A stretch of DNA of 64,000 bases, from assembly GCA_963678315.1 (NCBI GenBank), contig OY782781.1:704001-768000 (forward strand). The letters are read 5' to 3'. The position numbers and the translations under genes are program-made. Positions 29,701 through 39,592 of the stretch are shown here, in pieces; position 1 is the stretch's first letter; each line of letters begins with the position of its first letter. The DNA comes from Candidatus Cloacimonadales bacterium. GTDB lineage: Bacteria > Cloacimonadota > Cloacimonadia > Cloacimonadales > JAFGVF01. The notes under the pieces were generated by a model. The model did no database searches, had not been told where the DNA came from, and saw nothing but the letters and a program-made list of their open reading frames with translations.

Positions 29701-32039
29701 ATAAGAGTAGCTTTCTTAGTATCAATTACATTTCCATTTGCTTTTAATCTATAAAAATAGAGACCAGAAGCGCATTTATCTGCATTCCAAGTTATTTTTC
29801 CAGATTGTATATCTTTGTCACTAAGTGGGAGGGTAGTGATTTTTTGTCCTTTTAGGTTAAATATATCAATGGAAGCATTATTTGTCTTCTTAGAGTCTAG
29901 TGTAAAACTAATAGTTGTTTCGGGATTGAAAGGATTTGGATAGTTATTGTTTAATTTAGAAACTACTACAGGGATAACATTATCAGAATTTGGAACAAAG
30001 TCTGTTGAATAACTAATCACAGATACATTGTCAATGTTCCAACCTGGGTCAACCAGTCTAGGTTCTGCATTATCATCTTTAAGTCTAAGCTTAAAGTAAA
30101 GGTTTTCACTGTTGAAAGAATCAGGTATTTTAGCCCAATCAACGTGAAGATAATCGTGTTGACCAGATTTTGCCCATATCTCAGTCCATTCAGAATTATC
30201 AGGGCTGATTTCAATAGATGCAAAATCAAAGAACCATTCAGTGTATAACCAGTGATCTAATTTAATATAATTCTCTTTTTCTGGATTGATTGAAATAGGA
30301 TTTGAAGTTATTAATTGATAATCACAATTAGGTTCATAGAAGTTATTATCAAATCCTTGCTCAAAGTTAAAAGGTGAGTACTTAGAATCAGATACAAATG
30401 ATTCTGTCATATTTTCACTATTTTGGAAAGAAGTAATTTCCCAGTTTTCACTTGCAGTCCAGTTATCTAGATTATTGAAATCATCATCAAAGACAAGCTC
30501 AAAATCAGAGAAGTCTAATGAGAAGTTGTTAGGTCCACCACCTAGATTAATATCTTCACTATAATATCTATCTTCACTAACAAATTTAATGGTGTTATTA
30601 CCAGCATATAAGCTAAGTGTTTGAGGAGTATTATCTTCAATAGTAAATTCATGATCTAAATCATCTAAGTCATGATTAGTAACATAAAGTTTACCTTGGC
30701 CCCAGAAACCAGAAATATTAACATCTACTTGAGCTGTAGGCTCTGAAAGTGGTTGTAAAGAAATATGTTTTTGAGTCCAAACACTATATACACTAATATC
30801 TTCTGTATGAGTATAGTAACCTTCCTTCTTAACTTTTAAAGTATATTGACCACTAAGAAGAGGTCTCCAATATCTACCAGACTCTGCAAGTGACATACGA
30901 GGTCTGAAGTATTCAGGATTTCTTCCTTCAATTATGATTTCAGCTTCTAAAGCTTGACCTGTAAGAGCATCAGTGATACGTCCAGTAAGCATTGAATTTG
31001 AATCCATTTGAGGGCTGTATGGAAGTGCTCTATTAAGAAGCCAAGCTGTACCATCATTACATTCATCAATAACAAATTGAGCTTCTTCTTCAGTTTCAGG
31101 TTGTAAATTAAGTGTACCACATTCTATAAGCAATTGTATTGTTCCAAATTGTTGATATAAAGTGTTATCTTCAGAACCTTTTCTTCCTTTTCCAGGATAA
31201 CATTCGTAAGGACCTGTCTCATCTTCTTTCATGATTTGACTTGCAACACCTTCACCAAGCATTTGAGCAAAATCAAAGTCAGGAGATTGTCTTACATCAT
31301 ACCAGTACCAAGGGTAATATACTTTTTCAGAGAAGTTACCTGTACGAGATGAGTGCCATTGAACAGAGAAGATTGGCTTGTATTCTTGACAAAAATCATA
31401 AACAAGTCTAGTTTCAGATTCTGAAAGTGGAGCAGAACCACGGTAATAATCATATACCTCTGCACCTGTAGAACACATCAATGTATCTCCATGAACCCAG
31501 TTAAAAGGGAAGTTTCTGTTGTTATCAACACCATCTATATCATAGCCAACATTTGGAGAAAAGTCAAAGCTTCCATTATTATTATTATCGCGTTTATTTT
31601 TTCTATAAGAAGTGTCTATTCCATCCATTACAACTTCATAACCTTCAGGATTAAGTATTGGAATAACATATATTTGTAAATGCTCTAACCATGCATTGTA
31701 AGGACTAGCGTTATTGTTTTCTAATATATTAATTATTGTTTCCATAGTTACACTTACACCCAATATCTCCTCGGCATGAAGTGGACCATTAAGCAGAATT
31801 ACTGGTTCTGATTCATCGAAAGTATCAACATCGTTAGACAACTTAACCATGTGAATAGGCATGTTATCTTGTTGAGAATATCCAGCTATTTCAACCTTAC
31901 ATTTGTTTGGGTAATTAGCTTCTAATTCAGCTAATTTGTCATTAATTTCTTCATTTGTCCAATAAAATTGAGGTAATGTCGCTTGGGCAAATAGTGATGC
32001 ACTGATTATTAACATTAAAAATATTAAAATCTTCCTCAT
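29694..32039 (-). CDS. Secreted M14 zinc carboxypeptidase with FlgD-Ig/T9SS-like C-terminal domain
   Basis: Signal peptide; HAEE, NPEG, RKN, GVDNNRNF, SESET and WHS motifs; C-terminal NYPNPFNPETTISF. Confidence 0.88.
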   Translation of the reverse strand: MRKILIFLMLIISASLFAQATLPQFYWTNEEINDKLAELEANYPNKCKVEIAGYSQQDNMPIHMVKLSNDVDTFDESEPVILLNGPLHAEEILGVSVTMETIINILENNNASPYNAWLEHLQIYVIPILNPEGYEVVMDGIDTSYRKNKRDNNNNGSFDFSPNVGYDIDGVDNNRNFPFNWVHGDTLMCSTGAEVYDYYRGSAPLSESETRLVYDFCQEYKPIFSVQWHSSRTGNFSEKVYYPWYWYDVRQSPDFDFAQMLGEGVASQIMKEDETGPYECYPGKGRKGSEDNTLYQQFGTIQLLIECGTLNLQPETEEEAQFVIDECNDGTAWLLNRALPYSPQMDSNSMLTGRITDALTGQALEAEIIIEGRNPEYFRPRMSLAESGRYWRPLLSGQYTLKVKKEGYYTHTEDISVYSVWTQKHISLQPLSEPTAQVDVNISGFWGQGKLYVTNHDLDDLDHEFTIEDNTPQTLSLYAGNNTIKFVSEDRYYSEDINLGGGPNNFSLDFSDFELVFDDDFNNLDNWTASENWEITSFQNSENMTESFVSDSKYSPFNFEQGFDNNFYEPNCDYQLITSNPISINPEKENYIKLDHWLYTEWFFDFASIEISPDNSEWTEIWAKSGQHDYLHVDWAKIPDSFNSENLYFKLRLKDDNAEPRLVDPGWNIDNVSVISYSTDFVPNSDNVIPVVVSKLNNNYPNPFNPETTISFTLDSKKTNNASIDIFNLKGQKITTLPLSDKDIQSGKITWNADKCASGLYFYRLKANGNVIDTKKATLIK

Positions 32040-32195
32040 AAGATCTCCTCTTATATCTAAATAAATTATATTTCTCTACAACTATCTTTTTAATATGCAA
32101 GATAGAGACCAAATTGTAATTTTAAATATATTTACCTCTTTAAAGATAATTAATATGCAAGATTTAATGTTGTCTGAAAGCTTGCTTACTGCTCC

Positions 32196-32770
32196 CTTAC
32201 TTGCCTCATTGAAAAAAAGCCGATTTTTCAAGGAGACCCATAAGAGGGGAGTTAGGAGTGACACTGGGAACGCTATTGGCCCTTTAGTCTGGCGAAGACT
32301 GATCCGTGCCGGCTCTTGTATTTAAATATATGCTAAACATATATTTAAATCTCATATACAACCTAATTTCGTAGGTTTGGCCATCAGGGACGATGGCGTT
32401 CCGACTTTGCAGGATACGCTATAATGGTAAATTTTGTGTAAACTGGGAACGCTGTGCCTTTAGTCCGGCTACTGCCGGATAGCCGGCTAAAACTGGGAAC
32501 GCTATTGGCCCTTTAGTCTGGCGAAGACTGATCCGTGCCGGCTCTTGTATTTAAATATATGCTAAACATATATTTAAATCTCATATACAACCTACTTTCG
32601 TAGGTTTGGCCATCAGGGACGATGGCGTTCCGACTTTGCAGGATAACCCCAGAGAAGTAAATTTTTGTGTAAACTGGGATTGCTGTAGAGACGTTTGGAA
32701 AAACGTCTCAAATACAAGCTGGAAGCTTGTGGACCAAATGTCTCAAATACAAGCTAGAAGCTTGTGTACC
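32196..32770. repeat. Composite REP/MITE-like repeat, copy 3, containing a 229-bp tandem duplication
   Basis: Mini-IR at 32196-32244; units starting at 32263 and 32492 are near-identical over about 150 bp; ends with the GTAGAGACG hairpin and two ACAAGCT hairpins. Confidence 0.88.
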
Positions 32771-32779
32771 CAATTGTTT

Positions 32780-33298
32780 TTAAAAAGGATTAGACCACAT
32801 GACAACTCTTTCAGTAAACCAAACAATTGATATGATATACAGGATAACAAAAGTGTAAAGACCAGCCATCATATCATCCAGCATTACCCCCCAGCCTTTA
32901 GGTAGATTTTGGAGTAAATTAATAGGGAATGGTTTTAGGATATCAAAGATTCTAAAGAGAACAAATCCAATGCCTAATATCAAGAGCTTATTATGATTAT
33001 CGGCTGGTGTAAATGGAGCAACTGCTAACCAATAGCCACAAACTTCATCAATAACAATATGACCATTATCGTGTCCCATTGTTTTTTCAGCTTCTGTAGA
33101 AATCCAAGTTCCTAAAAAGAAAAATATTATTATAAATAAAATCAGGAACCAAGTATCAGACCAAACTGAATTTGGTATAAAATAAGCTATAATAGCAGCA
33201 GCAAGAGTTCCGAATGTTCCTGGAGCATATTTTATAGCACCTACTCCGAAGAAAGTAGCAATTAGTTCATATATATTTCTAATAGGTGATTTCAACAT
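32780..33298 (-). CDS. pgpA: Phosphatidylglycerophosphatase A
   Basis: APGTFGT, IVIDEV, FRIFDILKP and GVMLDD motifs. Confidence 0.93.
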   Translation of the reverse strand: MLKSPIRNIYELIATFFGVGAIKYAPGTFGTLAAAIIAYFIPNSVWSDTWFLILFIIIFFFLGTWISTEAEKTMGHDNGHIVIDEVCGYWLAVAPFTPADNHNKLLILGIGFVLFRIFDILKPFPINLLQNLPKGWGVMLDDMMAGLYTFVILYIISIVWFTERVVMWSNPF

Positions 33299-34535
33299 AA
33301 ATCTCTTTCTTTAAATCTTCAATCCATTTATTATAGTAGTTTTGTCTTTTTTCTGCACGTGCCATATCTTTAATCTTATCTCTAATTTCTTCTAACTGGT
33401 AAACACCTTGAGGTACATCTTCTAAATTAGCAAAAATATAGAACATATCTTGAATTTGAACTACATCTGAAACTTGACCAGGCTCTAGCTTTTCATAGTA
33501 TTCTTTGTATAGTGGTGGATATTCTCCATGTGGGTAAATACCAATTATTCCATCATTAAGAGATGATTCTTTATCATCAGAATAGTTTAAAGCGAGTTCA
33601 CCAAAATCTTCTCCATCCTTATAACGCTGAAGAACATTCATCATAACTTTCTTCATTGCTAAGGAATCTTTTTTAGTTGGAGTAAGGTCTTTTAGAATGT
33701 GACTAGCTCTAACTTTATTTTCTTTAATATCTTGTAGTTTAATAATATGATAACCAAATTGGGTTTCTACGATATCAGACACTTCTCCTGGTTTCATACT
33801 AAAAGCTGTATTCTCAAATTCTTTAACCATTTCACCTCTACCAAAATAACCTAAATCTCCACCAGAAGCTGATGAAGGACAATCACTATAATCTTTTGCT
33901 AGTTCTGCAAAATCTTCACCACGATTTATTCTTTCTAAAATATCCTCTAACTGACTATATCTTTCTTCTCTAGTCTTAGTACTTGGAATAATTTGAGAAA
34001 CTATCATACCTAATTTATAAGAAGGTTTTCTAAGAGGTAAATCTATAATATTGTCTTGATAATACTGTTGAATTTCATCTTCACTAATATCAATTTTACT
34101 CTCAATTTCATAGCGAACAACTTGCTCTCTAAGAGACTGTTCTTCAAACATCTCTTCAAAATAATCAAGCAAATCAAATTTATTCATTCCACTCTTCTTA
34201 AGTTCTGCAAGAAATTCAGTTTCTGATTTAAATTGAGATTCTATTTCAGCTAATCTTTTATTAGCCATCTCAGAAATCTGATTCTTATCAACAACATAAT
34301 CTAATTCTTTAGCTTTTTGAATAATCAACTTAAATTCTATCATTTGATCAAGAATATCTTCATTGCTTATTTCATCATCGATAACACCTGCAGACTTCAT
34401 CTGCATTATCTGTTTTGTAAGATCACTTTCAAGAATTATGTCATTTCCTACTTTAGCAATTATTCTATCGATAACTTCACTATGTGCTATAACAGCAAGT
34501 AACACCAACATTAACACTAATATTTTCTTCTTCAT
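33279..34535 (-). CDS. surA: SurA/PpiC-type peptidyl-prolyl isomerase chaperone
   Basis: IDRIIAKVG N-domain; two parvulin domains (FAELAKDYSD..GGDLG, ETQFGYHII). Confidence 0.8.
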   Translation of the reverse strand: MKKKILVLMLVLLAVIAHSEVIDRIIAKVGNDIILESDLTKQIMQMKSAGVIDDEISNEDILDQMIEFKLIIQKAKELDYVVDKNQISEMANKRLAEIESQFKSETEFLAELKKSGMNKFDLLDYFEEMFEEQSLREQVVRYEIESKIDISEDEIQQYYQDNIIDLPLRKPSYKLGMIVSQIIPSTKTREERYSQLEDILERINRGEDFAELAKDYSDCPSSASGGDLGYFGRGEMVKEFENTAFSMKPGEVSDIVETQFGYHIIKLQDIKENKVRASHILKDLTPTKKDSLAMKKVMMNVLQRYKDGEDFGELALNYSDDKESSLNDGIIGIYPHGEYPPLYKEYYEKLEPGQVSDVVQIQDMFYIFANLEDVPQGVYQLEEIRDKIKDMARAEKRQNYYNKWIEDLKKEIYVEITY

Positions 34536-34578
34536 AGTTTATATAATCTCACTTTTTATATTTTTATTTATTTGAAAT

Positions 34579-34830
34579 GCCGGCACGGAGGCCAGCGTTC
34601 CCAGTTTACACAAAATTTACCACAATAGCGTATCCTGCAAAGTCGGAACGCCATCGTCCCTGATGGCCAAACCTACGAAAGTAGGTTATATATTTAAATA
34701 CAGCCGGCTAGCAGCCAGCGTTCCCAGTAAAAACCGGCTAGCAGCCAGCGTTCCCAGTAATAGCCGGCACGGAGGCCAGCGTTCCCAGTATAGGCACAGC
34801 CTTCCCAGTTTTCACTTTTTACTTTTAATT
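34579..34830. repeat. Composite repeat (minus orientation) with about 30-nt tandem GCCGGC..CAGCGTTCCCAGT units
   Basis: 34595-34687 is the reverse complement of 32360-32452; tandem units at 34703-34808; heptamer TTTTCAC/TTTTTAC tail. Confidence 0.85.
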
Positions 34831-34835
34831 TTTCA

Positions 34836-36077
34836 TTAATAAAGATACGGTGGTGTGAATTTGAAGAATACTTGTGGTTTGTATTCATCAGATTCATTAC
34901 CATAAAATTCAAAGGCATTGAAAGTATCTGATTCATAAGCTGAAACAATAACTATACCAAAATTCTCTTTTTCACCAGAAGTAAATCCTTGGAGAAGAGG
35001 AGTAATTTTAACATCAAAATATGGAACACTTTCTTCGTCATCGCTTATAGTAGTGCTTGATGAACCTGTATTTGAGAAGTATTCTAAATTTTCATGGTCA
35101 ATATATTGAGCTTGGTCAATTTCTTTATCAACTCTATATGCTACAGCTGAAAGAACTTGAGCACTTGAGAAATAAGAGTTCTCTTTTATGTATAATCTAA
35201 CGTATGCTTCATTAATTGTTACATGGTTCAATTCAGCATCTGTAAGTTCTTCAATCTCATTATCTTCATTTTCATACTGAAAAACAGATTTATCAATATC
35301 AAATTTAAGATAAGTTCTTACAGGAATAAGATTATTAAGAATAAGTCTATTATCTTCTATTTTGTAGTCATCTAGCTTGTTATTTACTATATAGGTATCG
35401 CGAGCAGGGCTATGCTCATATTCGAAGCTGTCGTCCTCGTCTGCTACCGTATAAGTGAAAGTTAGCTTAGGAGCATCAGAGTGTTCTGAAGATAATAACT
35501 CCATATAGTTGTTGTCTTCTGTAGTTAACATGAGTGAGTAATAATCAAAATCTTCATGTTGCCAATTAAGTATATCTTCAGCCGGAATTTCAAATACAAG
35601 AGAATCTTGTTCTATGCCAATTGTATCAGAAATAGTAATTGGACTTATGTTGGTCGCTTCATAAAAAGTATCGTACCACGGTTCACCATCAGCTGAATTT
35701 TCCCAATCAGCCTCGTATTCATCATAACCTTGAAGAAGTTTCTTAACTGAGATAGTCATATCTCCAGCAGGTTTTAAATCTGTATAAATTGTTAAAACAG
35801 CATTTTCAACAGAAATAATATCTTCAGGGATATCAGCAAAGCTCATTAATACGTTAGATTGATATTCTTCATTATTCCCTAATAAAAGCTTGTAATTTGT
35901 TCCAGAAACAACAATATCTTTGCTAAATGAGAAATAACTTGTTAAAGAATCAATTTTGCTTTCATGGAATGTAACATCAGATTGGGTTATTTTGATTGGA
36001 TTATCTTCATTTGAGCATGCTATTAAACTAACTAATATACTCAATATGATAAGAATTTTGTTTACCTTATAATTCAT
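34836..36077 (-). CDS. Hypothetical lipoprotein (DNRLRE-like acidic beta domains)
   Basis: Lipobox LIAC; SSE..APKL and EKENFGIVI...FYG...KP segments. Confidence 0.6.
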   Translation of the reverse strand: MNYKVNKILIILSILVSLIACSNEDNPIKITQSDVTFHESKIDSLTSYFSFSKDIVVSGTNYKLLLGNNEEYQSNVLMSFADIPEDIISVENAVLTIYTDLKPAGDMTISVKKLLQGYDEYEADWENSADGEPWYDTFYEATNISPITISDTIGIEQDSLVFEIPAEDILNWQHEDFDYYSLMLTTEDNNYMELLSSEHSDAPKLTFTYTVADEDDSFEYEHSPARDTYIVNNKLDDYKIEDNRLILNNLIPVRTYLKFDIDKSVFQYENEDNEIEELTDAELNHVTINEAYVRLYIKENSYFSSAQVLSAVAYRVDKEIDQAQYIDHENLEYFSNTGSSSTTISDDEESVPYFDVKITPLLQGFTSGEKENFGIVIVSAYESDTFNAFEFYGNESDEYKPQVFFKFTPPYLY

Positions 36078-36089
36078 ATATATTACCTT

Positions 36090-36455
36090 TCTTTTTAATA
36101 AATAGATTTAGTAGTAGCTTATGTGGATATGGGGATAAGTCGTCAAGATAAATTATAAGTTCTTGAAAAATATATCTTTTAAAAATCCACATATTATTTT
36201 AAAAGCTGTGGATAAGTCTTATATTTATCCCCAATTATACACATTGTTGTGTGAATTAACCTGCATCTACAGGTCTTGTGCACACTTATCCACACCTATT
36301 CATCCACACTAGTGTATAAATTAGACATCTTTATGTATCTGTATGTAAAGGTGTAACTTAGCAATATAAAATAGGCCTGTAAAAAAAGCTTATAAAACTA
36401 GCTATTAAAGAGAAAAAATACATAAAATAAAATATTGTGGATAACTTGTGGATAA
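36090..36455. other. Probable chromosomal replication origin (oriC)
   Basis: Perfect TTATCCACA boxes at 36207(-), 36286(+), 36436(-) and 36447(-); TTATACACA at 36235; near-matches at 36122, 36130, 36225, 36276, 36300 and 36311; TAG repeats at 36103-36117 plus an AT-rich stretch; gene-strand switch here. Confidence 0.85.
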
Positions 36456-36503
36456 AGTCTCTTTTTATTTGACACTTTCTATAGCTGTTAAAATATTTAC
36501 AGT

Positions 36504-37712
36504 ATGAAAAATGAAAAAATTAAAAAGATAGTCAAGAGAATTTCAAACAAAATAAGAGATAGCAAATTTGAAAATTCAACATATTTAGTTGGAGGCTATG
36601 TTCGTGATTTGTTATTGGGTAAAATTTCAGCTGATTTAGACTTTGTAGTTAATCTACCCAATGGTGGAGTTGAACTAGCTATCTTTCTTTGGAAAAACAA
36701 ACTTTGTTCAAAGCCTATCATCTATAAAAGCTTTGGAACTGCTATGGTTGAAATAAATAAAATTAAGATAGAATTTGTTATGACGAGAAAAGAATGTTAT
36801 CGTGATAAAAACAGAAATCCGGAAGTTGCTTTTGGATCTTTAATAGAAGATGCTTACCGAAGAGATTTTACTATTAATTCTATCTACTTAAATATTTCAA
36901 GCAATAAAATCCAAGATTTAACCAATAAAGGAAGGTTGGACTTAGAAAAAGGGGTAATAAGAGCTACATCTAACCCAAGCCTAATTTTTAAAGAAGACCC
37001 ACTAAGAATCTTGAGAGGGATTAAATTTGCTGGGAGATTAAACTTTCAAATTGAAGAGAATACTTATAAAGCTATGATTGAAAATGTAGATTCTTTGCAA
37101 TTTATTTATGCTGAGAGAATAAAAGAGGAATTTCTAAAAATGCTTATTGATGATGGAACTTGCTATTCTCTGCAACTATGTTTTGAAACTTCTGCTATAA
37201 AATATATTTTTCCCAAACTTACTCATTTAAATAAAGATCTTCTGAATACTGATAGAAAAATTGAATCATTGCCTAGTGAACTTGTTTCTAGATATGTCTA
37301 TCTTTTCATGAACTACCCAGATCTTGAGGAAGTTAAAGAAAATCTAATTTACCTAAAAGTTCATAAAAAACAGATAAAAGAAATTCTAGCCATAATTAAT
37401 ATTATTGCTTACATACAAACAGAACATGAAAAATATAACGAATTTGTCTATGACTATCAAAATTATTTAGTAAAATCCATGGATATATGCCATCTTTTAG
37501 GAACAAATATATCTAATGAATCTAAAATAGTAGAGACTCTAGGACTATTTAGTAACAGAATTTATCCGCTCAATGGAAGAAAAATAATGGAATACCTTGA
37601 CTTAAAAGAAGGCAAGCTGATAGGAGAATATAGTAAAAAGGCTATGAAGATATGGATTGAAAATCCTAACCTGAAAGAAGAAGAACTGATTAATGAATTA
37701 AAAAACCTTTAG
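36504..37712 (+). CDS. cca: CCA tRNA nucleotidyltransferase (class II)
   Basis: VGGYVRD, DLD, RRDFTINS and EDPLRILR motifs; flexible loop present. Confidence 0.8.
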   Translation: MKNEKIKKIVKRISNKIRDSKFENSTYLVGGYVRDLLLGKISADLDFVVNLPNGGVELAIFLWKNKLCSKPIIYKSFGTAMVEINKIKIEFVMTRKECYRDKNRNPEVAFGSLIEDAYRRDFTINSIYLNISSNKIQDLTNKGRLDLEKGVIRATSNPSLIFKEDPLRILRGIKFAGRLNFQIEENTYKAMIENVDSLQFIYAERIKEEFLKMLIDDGTCYSLQLCFETSAIKYIFPKLTHLNKDLLNTDRKIESLPSELVSRYVYLFMNYPDLEEVKENLIYLKVHKKQIKEILAIINIIAYIQTEHEKYNEFVYDYQNYLVKSMDICHLLGTNISNESKIVETLGLFSNRIYPLNGRKIMEYLDLKEGKLIGEYSKKAMKIWIENPNLKEEELINELKNL

Positions 37713-37729
37713 TCCAGCTCAGACGGATA

Positions 37730-38020
37730 AAAAGTGAAAAGTGAAAAATGAAAACTGGAACACTGGGAACGCTCGGCCTCCGTGCCGGCTTTCAATAATA
37801 TAATAGAACACAGATTAAATTGATTAAACAGATGAAAATGATTAATAAGTGAATAATTAATAGTGAAAAATTAAAACTGGGAACGCTCGGCCTCCGTGCC
37901 GGCTTTTGTATTTAACTATATTTAAATCTTATATATAACCTACTTTCGTAGGTTTGGCCATCAGGGACGATGGCATTCCGACTTTGCAGGATAGCTGGCT
38001 TTTTCGTGCATTTCGTGGTT
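37730..38020. repeat. Composite intergenic repeat
   Basis: AAAAGTG/AAAAATG heptamers, two ACTGGGAACGCTCGGCCTCCGTGCCGGC units, an ATAGAACACAGAT unit and a double-hairpin module at 37937-37993. Confidence 0.85.
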
Positions 38021-38051
38021 AATAATAAAATAAAAATAAAAGGAGTGTGTT

Positions 38052-38717
38052 ATGTTGAAAAATTTCAACAATCAGATAGATGAAATTCTGGAGATAGGTC
38101 GTAGGGTATATAATCGAGGTTTTGTGGCAGCAAACGACGGAAACCTAAGTGTCAGAGTAGATAATGATAAGTTTCTTATCACTGCTTCTGGTAAATCTAA
38201 GGGATTCCTTACAAGAGAGGATATTCTCTTATGTGACTTAGAAGGCAATATTTTAGCAGGAGAGGGAAAACCTTCATCCGAGACAAAAATGCATATCATG
38301 GTGTATAAAGAAAGAGCAGATATCAATGGCATCTGTCACGCTCATCCTGTTTACGGAACTACTTTTGCCGTTGCTGGCATTCCTATGGATGAGCCAATTT
38401 TAGTAGAAGTAATTGTTTCAATCGGTAAAATCCCTTTAGTTGAATACGGAACTCCAGGAACTATGGATCTCCCAAATAACATTGCAAAATATGTTCAAGA
38501 TTACGAAGCTTTTCTGCTTGAACAACACGGAGTTCTGACTCTTGGAAATAGTCTGGAATTCGCTTACCACCGTATGGAAACAGTGGAACATTTTGCTAAG
38601 ATATACTTCAACTTAAAACAACTTGGTAACTACAATACTATGCCAAAAGAAGAAGTAGAAAAACTCTACAAAGCAAGAGTAAACTTCGGCGTAAGAGAAG
38701 ATATAGGGAAATACTAA
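38052..38717 (+). CDS. Class II aldolase/adducin family protein
   Basis: DGNLSVR, ITASG, PSSE..MH, HAH and HG motifs. Confidence 0.9.
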   Translation: MLKNFNNQIDEILEIGRRVYNRGFVAANDGNLSVRVDNDKFLITASGKSKGFLTREDILLCDLEGNILAGEGKPSSETKMHIMVYKERADINGICHAHPVYGTTFAVAGIPMDEPILVEVIVSIGKIPLVEYGTPGTMDLPNNIAKYVQDYEAFLLEQHGVLTLGNSLEFAYHRMETVEHFAKIYFNLKQLGNYNTMPKEEVEKLYKARVNFGVREDIGKY

Positions 38718-38734
38718 GTAAATTAAAAGATAAA

Positions 38735-39356
38735 AAATGAAAAATGAAGAATAAAAACTGGGAACGCTCGGCCTCCGTGCCGGCTTTTCAAATAAAATAG
38801 AACACAGAAAACACAGATTATACAGATTTTAAGAATATTTAAATGTTTAATAGTTTAGGGTTTTAATTTGTGTAATCCGTGTAATTCATGGATGATATTT
38901 CTTTTGTATTTTTGTGGTTTTTCGTGCATTTCGTGGTTATCTTTATTAAATTTGTGAAGATCTGTGTTATTGCTGGCTAAATAATTGAATAATTAATAGT
39001 GAAAAATGAAAACTGGGAACGCTCGGACTCCGTGCCGGCTTTTGTATTTTACTATATTTAAATCTCATATATAACCTACTTTCGTAGGTTTGGCCATCAG
39101 GGACGATGGCGTTCCGACTTTGCAGTATAGCCGGCTTTTCAAATAAAATAGAACACAGGAAACACAGATTAAACAGATTTAAGAATTTTAAGATGTTTAT
39201 TTGTTGATAGGTTTAATTGTTTAGGGGTTTAATTTGTGTAATCTGTGTAATTCGTGGATGATCTTATGGTTGTATTGTGTTTTTTCGTGGCTTTTCGTGC
39301 ATTTCGTGGTTATTTTTCTTAATAATTTGTGAATATTGGTGTTATCTGTGGCTAAA
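38735..39356. repeat. Tandemly duplicated composite repeat with GxxExxY-type arm units
   Basis: Two related blocks (about 38755-38980 and 39010-39356). Each has an ACTGGGAACGC unit, an ATAGAACACAG unit and three GTG-periodic units; the second has an extra module. Confidence 0.85.
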
Positions 39357-39592
39357 AGAATTTAGTCAGTGTCATTAATTTATTTTATGGTTAAACCTTT
39401 AATAAAAAAAATCAGTTAAGATACAAAATAGTAATATTGAGTTAACTTATAATAGGTGTGAAAATTAGATAATCGAATTGTTAAGATGATTTACATTAAG
39501 ATTTAGCTAAGACGAAAAATGGCTTGACCAGATATTAGTCATAATTGTTAATTGATACTTGGAAATGATAAGTATATTTTACGAGGAAGTAT

